Part shown: piece after piece, positions 50,693 through 62,626 of the stretch
Layout: each line of letters starts with the position of its first letter
Position numbering within the stretch: position 1 is the first letter of the stretch
Assembly: GCF_044704955.1 (NCBI RefSeq)
Contig: NC_091987.1
Coordinates: 181,722,001-181,786,000, forward strand
Length of the DNA: 64,000 nucleotides
From: Pristiophorus japonicus
Taxonomy: Eukaryota
Direction of reading: 5' to 3'
The notes under the pieces: model-generated
The model's database searches: none
Told to the model about the DNA's origin: nothing
What the model saw: only the letters and a program-made list of their open reading frames with translations
Made by a program: the position numbers and the translations under genes

Positions 50693-51450
50693 TGTGAAGG
50701 CACCTAACTCTTCATAGGAATTTAACCTAAAAAAGGAGCCTGATCCTAAGGGTGCAGGGAGCAGTGGCGTAACTAATACTGCGGCATTGGGGCCCTCACC
50801 TGAAGGGGGGCCCACCACCTGCTTCCTCGCGAACTCGTTGGCGGTGTGGTTCAGCTGGAAAACGCTCTCGTCCGTCCGCTTGGTGAAAGTTTTGAACCCG
50901 TCGACTCTGCTCTCCCCCCTCCTGTAGGTCGAGGGGGCTCTGCGGGTAGCTGAGCATCAGGAAGAAGTTGTCCCCCACCATGTCGTCCTTCTCGGCTTTC
51001 CTCTTGCCCTGCTTCCAAGCCTTCTCGCCGTTGCGGGTGAGGAGGTGCTGGAAGGTGTCGCAGTGGGCCAGCACTGGGTGGCTCGTCATGTGGATCATCC
51101 ACAGGGTCAGCCCTTTCTTCCGCTTGGAGATGAAGTCCTCCTGGAAGCGGCCGGTGGTTTGCTTCTCGGGGACGTGGGGCACCGAGATGACGGGGAACTT
51201 CTCCACAAGCCGGCCGAACAGCCATTCGAAGTGTTTGTAGCGCCGGGTTCTCCTGCCACTCGGGGCCGTGCGGGCCGGCCGCCACGAAGATCTTGTCACC
51301 GTCCTTGACGAAGCCGGCCGCCTCACCCAGGATGAACGCCTCGCCGCTCGACTTGGTGAAGGTGGAGAATGGTTGAGGTCCTTGCTGACCGTGGCCGTGC
51401 TCTTGGAGGAGGAGGCGGTGGCCGAGGAGGAGGAGGACACCGACCCCCCG

Positions 51451-54121
51451 ACATAAGAACATAAGAACATAAGAATTAGGAACAGGAGTAGGCCATCTAG
51501 CCCCTCGAGCCTGCTCCGCCATTCAATAAGATCATGGCTGATCTGGTCGTGGACTCAGCTCCACTTACCCGCCCTCTCCCCATAACCCTTAATTCCCTTA
51601 TTGCTTAAAAATCTATCTATCTTTGACTTGAAAACATTCAATGAGCCAGCCTCAACTGCTTCCTTGGGCAGAGAATTCCACAGATTCACAACCCTCTGGG
51701 AGAAGAAATTCTTTCTCAACTCGGTTTTAATTTGACTCCTCCGTATTTTGAGGCTGTGCCCCCTAGTTCTAGTCTCCCCCACCAATGGAAACAACCTCTC
51801 TGCCTCTATCTTGTCTATCCCTTTCATGATTTTAAAAGTTTCTATAAGATCACCCCTCATCCTTCTGAACTCCAAGGAGTAAAGACCCAGTCTACTCAAT
51901 CTATCATCATAAGGTAACCCCCTCATTTCTCGAATCAGCCTAGTGAATCATCTCTGTACCCCTTCCAAAGCTAGTATATCCTTCCTTAAGTAAGGTGACC
52001 AAAACTGCACGCAGTACTCCAGGTGCGGCCTTACCAATACCTTATATAGTTGCAGCAACACCTCCCTGCTTTTGTACTCCATACCTTTCGCAATGAAGGC
52101 CAACATTCCATTTGCCTTCCTGATTATCTGCTGCACCTGCAAACTAACCTTTTGGGATTCATGCACAAGGAGACGGAATTCCTCATCGGCGCCAAACCCC
52201 GGAACCTCCCTCAAGGGCCGGCGCCTCACAACTTGAGCTGCCTCGGGGAAATCCCCTCCGTGCCTTTCAGTTCCGCGCGGAGGGGTTTCCTGTACGGGCT
52301 GCTCCTGCACACTCTCAACTTTGCCATCCTCGCCGGCCGTCCGGACACGCCATGGCGTACCATCTTGCCGTCCGGAGGAGGCGGGGGTCCCCGATGGAGA
52401 GCACTCTACGCAGGGGTCCTCCCACTATTCATCGGGGACTTGGCCTGGAGGGTGGTGCACGGAGCAGTGCCGTGCAACAAATTTTTAAGCCGGTTCACGG
52501 ACTCCCAGGCCGCCTGCAATTTCTGCGGTCTGGAAGAGTCCGTGTTCCATGTTTTTATGGAATGCACAAGGTTGCAGCCCCTGTTTTATTATTTGAAGGG
52601 GCTGCTCCTGAAATTCTGGCTGCACTTCAGTTCCACTCTCCTGATCTTTGGGCACCCTGTGCGGAGGGGAGCGGGTAGGTCCGAAGGCCTCCTCGTAGGA
52701 CTGCTCCTGGGCACGGCCAAGGGTGCCATCAGCCGGTCCAGGCAGCGGGCGGTCGAGGGGGTCCTTCAACCTGACTGCCTGCCTCTCTTCCGCTCTTACA
52801 TCCGGTCCAGGGTGTCCTTGGAGATGGAGCACGCGGTGTCCACCGGTACGCTCGCGGCCTTCCGCGAGAGGTGGGCACCAGACTGGAGTGCATCATCACG
52901 CCCGGCAACCAAATTTTAATGTGATTTTACGTTTTAAAGTTTAATTTGTTTTAATTGCCGGTGCTTTTAGTGTCCCCCTTCCCTTTTATAGGGGGCACGG
53001 GGGAAAAATTGTGATTTTAGCGCCCGGAAAAAAAAAACCACAAAAAAAGGAAAAAAAAGGGGCCTTGAAAATGTCGGCCGTGTCACCCAGGCGGGTGGCA
53101 CGGTTTAATGTTTATGTTTTTTTTTCAGGTAAACTCAAAAGAGTTTCATGCACAAGGACCCCCAGGTCCCTCTGCACCACAGCATGTTGTAATTTCTCCC
53201 CATTCAAATAATATTCCCTTTTACTGTTTTTTCCCCAAGGTGGATGACCTCACACTTTCCGACATTGTATTCCATCTGCCAAACCTTAGCCCATTCGCTT
53301 AACCTATCCAAATCTCCTTGCAGCATCTCAGAGTCCTCCATACAACCCGCTTTCCCACTAATCTTAGTGTCATCTGCAAATTTTGTTGCACTACACTCTG
53401 TCCCCTCCTCTAGGTCATCTATGTATATTGCAAACAGTTGTGGTCCCAGTACTGATCCCTGTGGCACACCACTAACCACTGATTTCCAACCGGAAAAGGA
53501 CCCATTTATCCCGACTCTCTGCTTTCTGTTCGCCAGCCAATTCTCTATCCATGCTAATACATTTCCTCTGACTCCGCGTACCTTTATCTTCTGCAGTAAC
53601 CTTTTGTGTGGCACCTTATCGAATGCCTTTTGGAAATCTAAATACACCACATCCATCGGTACACCTCTATCCACCATGCTCGTTATATCCTCAAAGAATT
53701 CCAGTAAGTTAGTTAAACATGATTTCCCTTTCATGAATCCATGCTGCGTCTGCTTGATTGCACTATTCCTATCTAGATGTCCCACTATTTCTTCCTTAAT
53801 GATAGTTTCAAGCATTTTCCCCACTACAGAGGTTAAACTAACCGGCCTATAGTCTGCCCCCTTTTTTAAACAGAGGCGTTACATTAGCTGCTTTCCAATC
53901 CGCTGGTACCTCCCCAGAGTCCAGAGAATTTTGGTAGATTATAACAAATGCATCTGCTATAACTTCCGCCATCTCTTTTAATACCCTGGGATGCATTTCA
54001 TCAGGACCAGGGGACTTGTCTACCTTGAGTCCCATTAGCCTGTCCAGCACTACCACCTAGTGATAGTGATTGTCTCAAGGTCCTCCCTTCCCACATTCCT
54101 ATGACCAGCAATTTTTGGCAT
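51451..54121 (-). mobile_element. CR1 LINE nested in the SNX18 fragment
   Basis: (ATAAGAAC)n tail at 51451-51475; RT ORFs 53204-54056 and 51555-51926. Confidence 0.95.
52172..53144 (+). mobile_element. Tx1-clade LINE 3' fragment nested in the CR1
   Basis: DLAWRVVHGAVPCN..CNFCGLEESVFHVFMEC (zf-RVT-like); perfect 14-bp TSD TTCATGCACAAGGA (52158-52171 and 53145-53158); ends AAAAGAGT. Confidence 0.9.
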
Positions 54122-55424
54122 TCCGGCCGCCAGACCCGTGCTCACTCGATAACGGCCCGTCCCGTCGAAACCTGAGAACCCACCGCCTCCCCTGCTCCCA
54201 CCGCACCCAGACAGCGGCTCGTCCGTCACGGTTGAGTTGTTGTCCCGGTCATCGTCATCGCTGCTGCCCGACACCTGGTGCTGCAGCCCTGCCAGGACCA
54301 GCCCCCACCCCCCCCCCCCCCGAGTCTGCCGCCCGTTTGGGCGAGAGGCGGGGGCAGGAGGTGTTGGCGGCAGGGCAGGCCGGCAGGGGGAAGCCGCTGG
54401 GGGTCTGAGGCTGAGGCGGCGCGGGGCTGTCGTAGCCGCCGGTCGGCACGTTGGCATAGCGGGAGGCTCGGCAGCGGCGGCACAGACACTGAGCGCTGCG
54501 TCGCCCCTGCTCCTGGCCCGCAGGATCTGCACGTACGAGGCCGGGAAGAGGCCCCTCTGGCTGTGGCTGTTGGCCTCCTCCAGCCAGCCCTCGATGTCGT
54601 GCTTGCTGTACACAGTCAGCACCTTGTCCTCCCGCACCGAGATCTCACCCACATTCTCGCTCTGGCAATCGTACAGAGCCCGAGCCTGGAGTACCATCGT
54701 CCCGCTGTTCGCACCCGGCTCAGCTCCGCTCCCGGACTTAGCAGTAACCCCCCCACCCCATAAATCCTCCCTCACACCGGTCCCGTTCCCCCTCACACCA
54801 GCTCCCCTAGACCCTGAACTCCCTCCAGCCCCCCGGACCCCCCCTTCGCTCGAGGGGTGGCTGCACGGGGTCTTCCCTGGCCGGCTGCACTTTTCCCGTC
54901 GTTCTGTGATTTTTTTAAATCTATGTTTTCATTGGGGCCCACATCCTCTCGTTACGCCACTGGCAGGGAGGGAGAGAGATGGGAGGGGCGCGGGAGGAGG
55001 GGGGGGATGGTGAACGGGAGGGTGGGGGCTAAGGGACCAGCAGGACACAAGGGATCAAATGCAGCAAGAGGTAGAGAAATGTTGGAGGGTTTTGCACGAG
55101 GACAGTAACTGGGCCAAGGGAGGTGGAACTTTTCAGGAATATTTTGGATGTCCTCTGATAGTGTAGGATAGCTTCCTTTCTAATACAAGGATGAACGTGT
55201 TCATGTTACACTGGTGGCTGTACAGTTATTTTAGCACAGATATTTCTACATTACAACAGCGGCTACACTTCAAAAGTACTTAATTGGCTGTAAAACACTG
55301 TGGGACATCTGGCGGTCGTGAAAGGTGCTATATAAATGCAAGTCATTTTTTTTTTTAACCTTATTAATAATTACATTACAATATCACCAGACAGGAATTT
55401 AACAGACACAAGTGCACTGGAGAC

Positions 55425-55627
55425 AGCAGAGAGAGAGAGAATGAGAGAGAAAGAGAATGAGCTAGAAAGGGAATGAGAGAGAGAGAGATTGAGAGAGCGA
55501 ATAAGAGAGAGAGAATGAGAGAAACAGAGAATGAGGGAGAGAATGTGAGAGCGAATGAGAGAGAGATTGAGAGAGAGATAACGTGTGAGAGAGAGAATGC
55601 AAGAGAGATTGAGAGAGAATAAGAGAC
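55425..55627. repeat. Degenerate (GA)n/GAAT microsatellite
   Basis: Direct inspection. Confidence 0.9.
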
Positions 55628-55707
55628 TGAATGCTGCAACCTTTCCCCACAGCAGTGTAAATCTCACACTGACGCTCACAGTGCCATCTGCCGGAACAGT
55701 ATCCAGT

Positions 55708-56014
55708 ACTCAAAGCCTCCCTGATAAAATGCAACATCCCCACTGACACCTGGGAGTCCCTGGCCAAAGACCACCCTAAGTGGAGGAAGTGCATCCTGGA
55801 AGGCGCTGAGCTCCTCGAGTCTCGTCACCGAGAGCATGTAGAAATCAAGTGCAGGCAGCGGAAAGAGCGTGTGGCAAACCTGTCCCACCCTCCCTTACCT
55901 CAACGACTGTCTGTCCCACCTGTGACAGAGACTGTGGTTCCCGTAAGAACTCACTTTTAGAGTGGAAGCAAGTCTTCCTCGATTTCGAGGGACTGCCTAT
56001 GATGGTGATGATGA
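55708..56014 (+). mobile_element. RTE LINE 3' fragment
   Basis: CTCAAAGCCTCCCTGATAAAATGCAACATCCCCACTGACACCTGGG through a (GAT)n tail. Confidence 0.85.
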
Positions 56015-56236
56015 TTGCCTCTGTCCTCTAACAGTACCCAGGGGTTTTCCACTCCTCTGCTCCCCAGCCTGTAATTTCCCGCTCCTGAAAGCGAGTGGAA
56101 GATGGCGGTCAATGCCGGAGTGGGAGAGGGAATACCTCCAGCCGGTGATCCAAAAGGGTTTTTTCTGTTTCGAAGTTAAATTTTTTCCCACGATTTCCAC
56201 TGGGTTCTATTTTTTCCTCTTTTTCTTACCTCCTTT

Positions 56237-56970
56237 CATAGGACCAGGAGTAGGCCATTCAGCCCCTCGAGCCTGCTCCGCCATTCAGTTTGATCATAGC
56301 TGATCTGTACCTCAACTCTATTTACCTACCTTTACTTTACATCCCTCGATATGCTTATGTAACAAAAATCTATTGATCACAGTCTTAAAAGCTCTCATTT
56401 TCCCCCAGAATCCACAGCATTTTGGGGCGCTGTCTGCCACCCTTTGTGTGAAGAAGCGTTTCCTAATTTCCCTCCTGAACGACCTTGCTCTAATTTTAAG
56501 ATAATATTCCCTTGTTCTCGATTTCCCCACCAGAGGAAATGTATCTAACCTATCGAATGCTTTTCACATTTCAAGCACCTCGATCAGATTGCCCCTCAAC
56601 CTTCTAAACTCAAGGGAAGTCCTGATCTGGTGCCCTTCAATGGTTCCAGCACCTCATCCAAATAGCGTTCTTCCCATGTGGGCCTGATCAGTCTTTAAGC
56701 GTTTGACCTCAGACACTGGCAACCAGAGGGGAGATGAGAAGAATGTTGTTCTTACGCAGGAGGTTATGATCTGGAACCCAACTGCCTGAAAGGTTGGTGG
56801 AAGCAGGTCCAATAGTGACTTTCAAAATGGAATTGGATATATAGTTGAAAAGGAAACATTTTCAGGGCTACAGGGAAATTGCGGGGGAGTGGGACTAATT
56901 GGATTGTTCTTTCAAAGGGCCGGCACAGGAACGATGGGTCGAATGGCCTCCTTCTGTGCAGTATGATTCT
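56237..56970. mobile_element. Two old CR1 3' fragments (56237-56617 minus, about 56730-56970 plus)
   Basis: CR1 3' UTR motifs in opposite orientations. Confidence 0.7.
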
Positions 56971-57214
56971 AAGATGTCACCCGATGCCCAAACACGCAAC
57001 CTCCAGATGAAGTCACCGGATGAAGTTGGGTTTAAAGATCTTGGTTAATTTCTCCGCTCCTCAGCCGGGAGACCTTGTGGTCCAGTTGTTGCCTCCTCAC
57101 TGCCGCCGGCTGAGATCAGTCAACCGGCCAGGTCGAGGACTGAACCGAGGGACCTTCCAAGTCTGCATGGCTCAACGCCACACCATGAGACCCCCTGGAC
57201 CCATGAGACTCCTT

Positions 57215-59132
57215 GGGCCCACTATTTCCTCTGACCTTCCCCTCTCTGACCCCGAACGATTAGTTTTCAGCAAAGGCCTGAGCTTCGTCCCCTTACAACC
57301 CCACCTCAGTGAATTTCAAGCTCGGCACGACGCAGAGCTCTTTTTCCATCACCTTCGTCTCCATGACTATTTCTTTGGCCAGGAGTCTTCCCCCCGCACA
57401 GCAGACCCTTTCATCCTGTTTTTAGAATTTTCGTTCCACCTGGACCCCTCTCTCTGGCCTCTTAACCTCTGTAGATCTCTTCATTGCAAACTGCCGACAG
57501 GACATCGGCCGTTTCAATTTCTCTGATCCACTCACTCACTCCAAGCTACCTCCCTCCGAACTTGCAGCACTCTGTTCTCTCAGATCCAACCCCAACCTTG
57601 TCATCAAACCTGCTGACTAGGGTGGCGCTGTTGTTGTTTGCGTATGGGTCCTAGCTATGCCTGCCTTTTCATGGGATATGTGGAACATTCCTTGTTCCAT
57701 CCTACTCAGGTCCCCTCCCTCACCTCTTTTTCCGGTACACTGATGACTGTATCGGTGCCGTTTCCTGTTCTTGTCCTGAACTAGAAAATTTCATTCACTT
57801 TGCATCCAATTTCCATCCTTCCCTCACCTTTACATGGTCCATCTCCGACTCTTCCCTACCCTTCCTCGACTTCTTTGTCTCCATTTCTGGGGATAGGTTA
57901 TTGACAAACATTCATTATAAGCCTACTGACTCCTGGACTACACTTCCTCCCACCCCACTTCCTGTAAGGACTCCATTCCATTCTCCCAGTTTCTCCGTCT
58001 CCATCGCATCTGTTCTGATGACACCACCTTCAATACTAGTGCTTTAAATATGTCTTCCTTTTTCCTCAACCAAGGGTTTCCCTCTACTGTGGTTCACAGA
58101 CTATGTTTGTTCCATTTCCCGCATTTCTGCTCTCACCCCTTCCCCTCCCACCCAGAACCACGATAGGGTTCCCCTTGTCCTCACCTTACACTCCCACCAC
58201 CCTCTACATTCAATGGATCATCCTCCATCAATTCTGCCACCTCCAGCATGATCCCACCACTAAACACGTATTCCCTTCTACTTTCAGTATTCCGAAGGGA
58301 TCGCTCCCTTCGCGACACCCTCGTCCACTCCTCAATCATCCCCAGCACCCCCTCCCCTTCCCATGGTGCCTCCCCATGCAAGCGCAGGAGATGCAACACC
58401 TGCCCTTTTACCTCCTCCCTTCTCACTGTCCAGGGTCCCAAACACTCCTTCCAGGTGAAACAATGATTTGCTTGTACTTCTTGCAATTTACTATACTGTA
58501 TTTGCTACTCACTACGTGGTCTCCTCTACATTGGGGAGACCAAAAGCAGATTGGGTGACCACTTTGCGGAACACCTCCGTTCAGTCCGCAAGTGTGACCC
58601 CGAGCTTCTGGTCGCCTGTCACTTTAATTCTCCGCTCCAATCCCACTCTGACCTCTCTGTCCTTGGCCTCCTATGCTGTTCCAATGAAGCTTAACGTAAG
58701 CTCGAGGAACAGCGCCTCATCTTTTGATTAGGCACTACCAGCCTTCTGGACTCAACATCTAGTCCAACAATTTCAGACCATGACATTTGCCCCTATTTTT
58801 CCACACGGCAGCTGTAGATGATTCTGCCATTCCCATTTACACATCATCTAGACTCATTTTTTGTTTTTACTTGTCCCATTACTATCTCCTTTTGCTTTGT
58901 ACCATCATACCTTTGTCTTTTAACCACTCCTGCCTTCCACCCTATCACAGACCTTCCCTTTTGTTCTTTCCTCCCCCGACCCTTTCCCTGCCCCTGCACT
59001 TCCTTAAAATCTGTTACATCTCTAACTTTTTCCAGTTCTGATGAAGGGTCATCGACCTGAGATGTTTACTATGTTTCTCTCTCCACAGATGTTGCTTGAC
59101 CTGCTGAGTATTTCCAGCATTTTCTGTTTTTA
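57215..59132 (+). mobile_element. Penelope-like element, decayed RT plus GIY-YIG endonuclease and terminal repeat
   Basis: LVFSKGLSFVP, KPAD*GGAVVV, MGPSYACLFMG, FRYTDDCIG, CKRRRCNTC, LYIGETKSRLGDHFAEH; internal deletion near 57640; hammerhead relic CTGATGA..GAGA at 59038-59062. Confidence 0.88.
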
Positions 59133-59149
59133 TAATAGACAGTGGGATC

Positions 59150-59647
59150 ATTAATGTGTCAAATGTCAGTACAGTACCGAGAGAGCATTGCACGGTCTTT
59201 CTGATGAGATATAAAACTGACGACCTGTCTTTCATCATAGGTGGTCCCAAGGCACTAGTCAATGAAGAGCAGGGCAGTTCTCTGCCTTACAGCCAATGAA
59301 GTACTATCTGAAGTGTAGTCACTGTTGTAATGTAGGAAATGCAGCAACCAATTTGCGCACAGCAAGCTCCTACAAATAGCAATGTGATAATGACCAGATA
59401 ATCTGTTTTTTTTAATGATGTTGATTGAGGGATAAATATGTCCAGAACACTGAGGAGAGTTCCCCAGCTCTTTTTTGAAATAGTGCCAAGAGATCTTTTA
59501 CGTCCACCCGAGAGAGCAGACGGCACCTCAGTTTAATCTCTCATTCGAATGACGGCACCTCTGACAGTTCAGCACTCCCTCAGCACTGCACTGGAGTGTC
59601 AGCCTAGATTTTTGTTCTCAGGTCTCTAGAGTGGGACTTGATCCAAC

Positions 59648-59690
<43 letters not shown>

Positions 59691-59696
59691 GCTGAC
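59150..59696. mobile_element. Deu-domain SINE (59288-59696, minus) abutting a plus-strand SINE core fragment
   Basis: Match to 10961-11420 in both orientations. Confidence 0.75.
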
Positions 59697-61124
59697 TTAT
59701 CTCATGCCTCTTCTGATGGTCATGAACCGCCGAGTTTAAGATACGTTGATGGGCAAGTACGCGATGCCCTCTCGGGCGATGGCGCGCTGGGACCTGGCGG
59801 AATCCGACACCCACATCTTCTTCTGTCTCAGCAGCTGTAGCTGGCACTCCTCTTCAGTGTGAAACATACGGAGCAAATAACAGGGCAATGTCACATCCTC
59901 AAATTCCCGATACGTGCACCGGTCACCCGAGACCATAAAATGCGCCTCAGAAATTTTCGGCTCCCAGCGAATGTCAATCTAGTATAGCAGGCCAAAGTGA
60001 GCTGGCTGCATTCAATTGCCCATGGTCAGCTCATCTGCAACTTACTTATAGCTCCCGTACAGTTTTGTTCAGTGTGCAAGGGGTACGGTTAATGGGGAAG
60101 GGAGAGGGAACCAAAAATCGGACATATTTAACAGGATGTGGCCACTTAAAGGTAAGTGGCTGCGTAAAAGAACAAAAGTTCTTAGTGCTTTTGACTAAGA
60201 TCAAAAGGTCTTTAAACTGATGGCAGCTTTTAATGACTGAAGTGGGTGGGGGGAGGTGGTGGGGGCGGTCAGAGGTGCTCGGTAAAAATGAAATGAAATG
60301 AACAGGGTTTGCACGCAAGTGACGGAGCAGATCAGCAAACAATTCCCGTGTTAGGGCTGGCAAAATGGGCACAGTGGGTGCGTGGTGGGCTGCCCTGTTT
60401 GATACTCCTCGGCGCCCACTCCGAAGGGCGACAGCGCCTGAAAGGAGCACGAGACCTAAGGGCTGAAGTGACTTTCACAGCAACTGGCAGTGCTGTGCCT
60501 TTGGTGAAAAGTGATCATAGCCCACATTTTTGCTCCATTACCGTCTGATTGTGTCCGTTTTGGAGTGAGACGGAAGTGCCTCACCCAATTATGGATATTC
60601 AAGTCATACACAGATGTGGGCTTTAAATACATGTCTCTCTATATATTAAAAGTTTTGGGTCGGGTGTGCACTTCCTGTTCACAAACCTTATTTCCTGTTG
60701 CTGTGATATTTGGTCACACTTCTGTGTCAACATTTCCCATTCAGTTTTGCTATGTCAACTGTCACAATGCAGTTCCAGACTCTGGCCTGTGGGTGGCTCT
60801 ATGGAGTGACTTTCTGAAGTCTCTCTCCTTACTTAGTCATCATCACATGTGTATATATAAACAACTTACATTTATCAACTGTTTGTGGGCAATGTCACAG
60901 GCAATTTACTTGTCATTTATTAAAGACTTGTGTCTAGCGACACATTTCTTGTTTTTTGCACTTTTCTCATCGCACTTTCATTTTATTTGATAATATTAAT
61001 ATATTAGGCATTTGTTAATCATTTGCAATGGAGTAGGGAGTTAACGAGGCTGTACCATCCCAAGCTAGAGGAATGGTCTTCACAAGTGCGACAGTAGACC
61101 AGCTGCAAATGTCAGACATTCCTG

Positions 61125-62212
61125 AGGATCCACTGCAAATATTAACGCATTCCCAGAGACCCCCTGCAAACACTGACACACTCCCGGACAACCCCCGTAA
61201 ACATTGGCACACTCCCAGGGACCCCCAGCAAATACTGACACACGCCTGGACAACCCCCGTAAACATTGGCACACTCCCAGAGACTCCTATAACCCCAATA
61301 CATTCCCGGGCAACCCCTGCAAACATTGACACACTCCCAGAGACTCCTATAACCCTGATACATTCCCGGGCAACCCCTGTAAACACTGACACACTCCCAG
61401 AGACTCCTATAACCCCAATACATTCCCGGGCAACCTCTGCAAACATTGACACACACCCAGAGACTCCTATAACCCCGATACATTCCCGGGCAACCCCTGT
61501 TAAAACTGACACACTCCCAGAGACTCCTATAACCCCGATACATTCCCGGGCAACCCCTGTAAACACTGACACACTCCCAGAGACTCCTATAACCCCAATA
61601 CATTCCTGGGCAACCCCTGCAAACATTGACACACACCCAGGGAATCCTATAACCCCAATACATTCCCGGGCAACCCCTGTAAACATTGGCACACTCCCAG
61701 GGAATCCTATAACCCCAATACATTCCCGGGCAACCCCTCTAAACACTGACACACTCCTGGACAACCCCTGTAAACATTCACACACTCCCAGAGAATCCTA
61801 CAACCCTGATACATTCCCGGGTAACCCCTCTAAACACTGACACACTCCCGGACAATCCCTGTAAACATTCACACACTCCCAGAGAATCCTATAACCCTGA
61901 TACATTCCCGGGTAACCGCTCTGAACACTGACACACTCCCGGACAACCCCTGTAAACATTCACATACTCCCAGAGAATCCTATAACCCTGATACATTCCC
62001 GGGTAACCCCTCTAAACACTGACACACTCCCGGACAACCCCTGTAAACACTGACACACACCCAGGGATCCCCAGCAAATACTGACACACTCCCGGACAAC
62101 CGCTGCAAACATTGACACACTCCCAGAGACTCCTATAACCCCGATACATTCCCGGGCAACCCCTGTAAACACTGACACACCCAGAGACCCCCAGCAAATA
62201 CTGACACACTGC
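61125..62212. repeat. Minisatellite, 60-bp unit built from two 30-bp subunits
   Basis: AAACACTGACACACTCCCAGAGACTCCTATAACCCCAATACATTCCCGGGCAACCCCTGT in register over consecutive 60-nt lines; switches to a 90-bp period after about 61740. Confidence 0.97.
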
Positions 62213-62215
62213 CAG

Positions 62216-62350
62216 CAATGTTCCCTCTAATTTTATTTGGGCCACGCCTGTGTATGTGCGTGTTTTCCGTTTAGAAGCCGGTGAGCTGGCTGCGCGGGAA
62301 CTGCAGAACGCTGTATCGCTGTGTGGCCACGCAACTTAAAAGGAACATCG
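62216..62350. mobile_element. 135-bp hAT-type MITE inserted in the minisatellite edge
   Basis: TIR CAATGTTCCCTCTAA / TTAAAAGGAACATCG (imperfect); 8-bp TSD ACTGCCAG/ATTCCCAG (6/8). Confidence 0.65.
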
Positions 62351-62626
62351 ATTCCCAGGTAACCCTGCAAATATTGACACAGTCTTTGTCTAACCCTCTG
62401 CAAACAATGACACAATCCTAACCCTAATGATGAAAAGATAGTGTCAGCTATTCAAAGGAAAGCAGCATAAATTTAAAGTTAAAAATAGAAAATAAACAGA
62501 AACACACTGTAATATCTGAAAGGAGAAAAGCCATTTCGAAAGCTTCAGCTGTGTGCCCTACATAAGAACGGTTCTAATGAAGGGTCACATCTTCAACATT
62601 AAACGTTTTATGATGCTGAAAGATCT

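Larger units (their letters stand above)
50810..54697 (-). pseudogene. SNX18: SNX18 (sorting nexin 18) 5' fragment: SH3, low-complexity region, PX and start of BAR, in two pieces (54122-54697 and 50810-51450)
   Basis: [39 protein letters not shown] (SH3); [23 protein letters not shown]; [61 protein letters not shown]. Matches recalled SNX18 better than SNX9 or SNX33. It has frameshifts, an internal deletion and a CR1 insertion. Confidence 0.88.
50762..54962. mobile_element. Non-autonomous hAT-superfamily DNA transposon carrying captured SNX18 sequence (Pack-hAT)
   Basis: Perfect TIRs CAGTGGCGTAAC (50762-50773) and GTTACGCCACTG (54951-54962); perfect 8-bp TSD GCAGGGAG (50754-50761 and 54963-54970); subterminal CATTGGGGCCC at both ends. 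Confidence 0.92.

Noticed and set aside
52050-52919. 289-aa novel ORF
   Set aside because: Chance fusion of antisense CR1 with the Tx1 ORF2 C-terminus across the insertion junction.
50810-54697. SNX18 as a processed retrocopy or functional gene
   Set aside because: It is frameshifted and interrupted, 3'-truncated with no poly(A), and enclosed by TIRs and an 8-bp TSD. As recalled, this region is one exon in SNX18, so the lack of introns is uninformative.
54050-54796. 248-aa SH3 protein as an intact gene
   Set aside because: After the SH3 domain the SNX18 fragment is degenerate, and the ORF ends inside CR1 sequence.
59034-59070. Second active hammerhead
   Set aside because: The conserved GAAA box reads GAGA and stem I is mismatched.
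61015-61840. 255-aa mucin-like ORF and its antisense ORFs
   Set aside because: Products of a stop-free 60-bp minisatellite; no splice or domain evidence.
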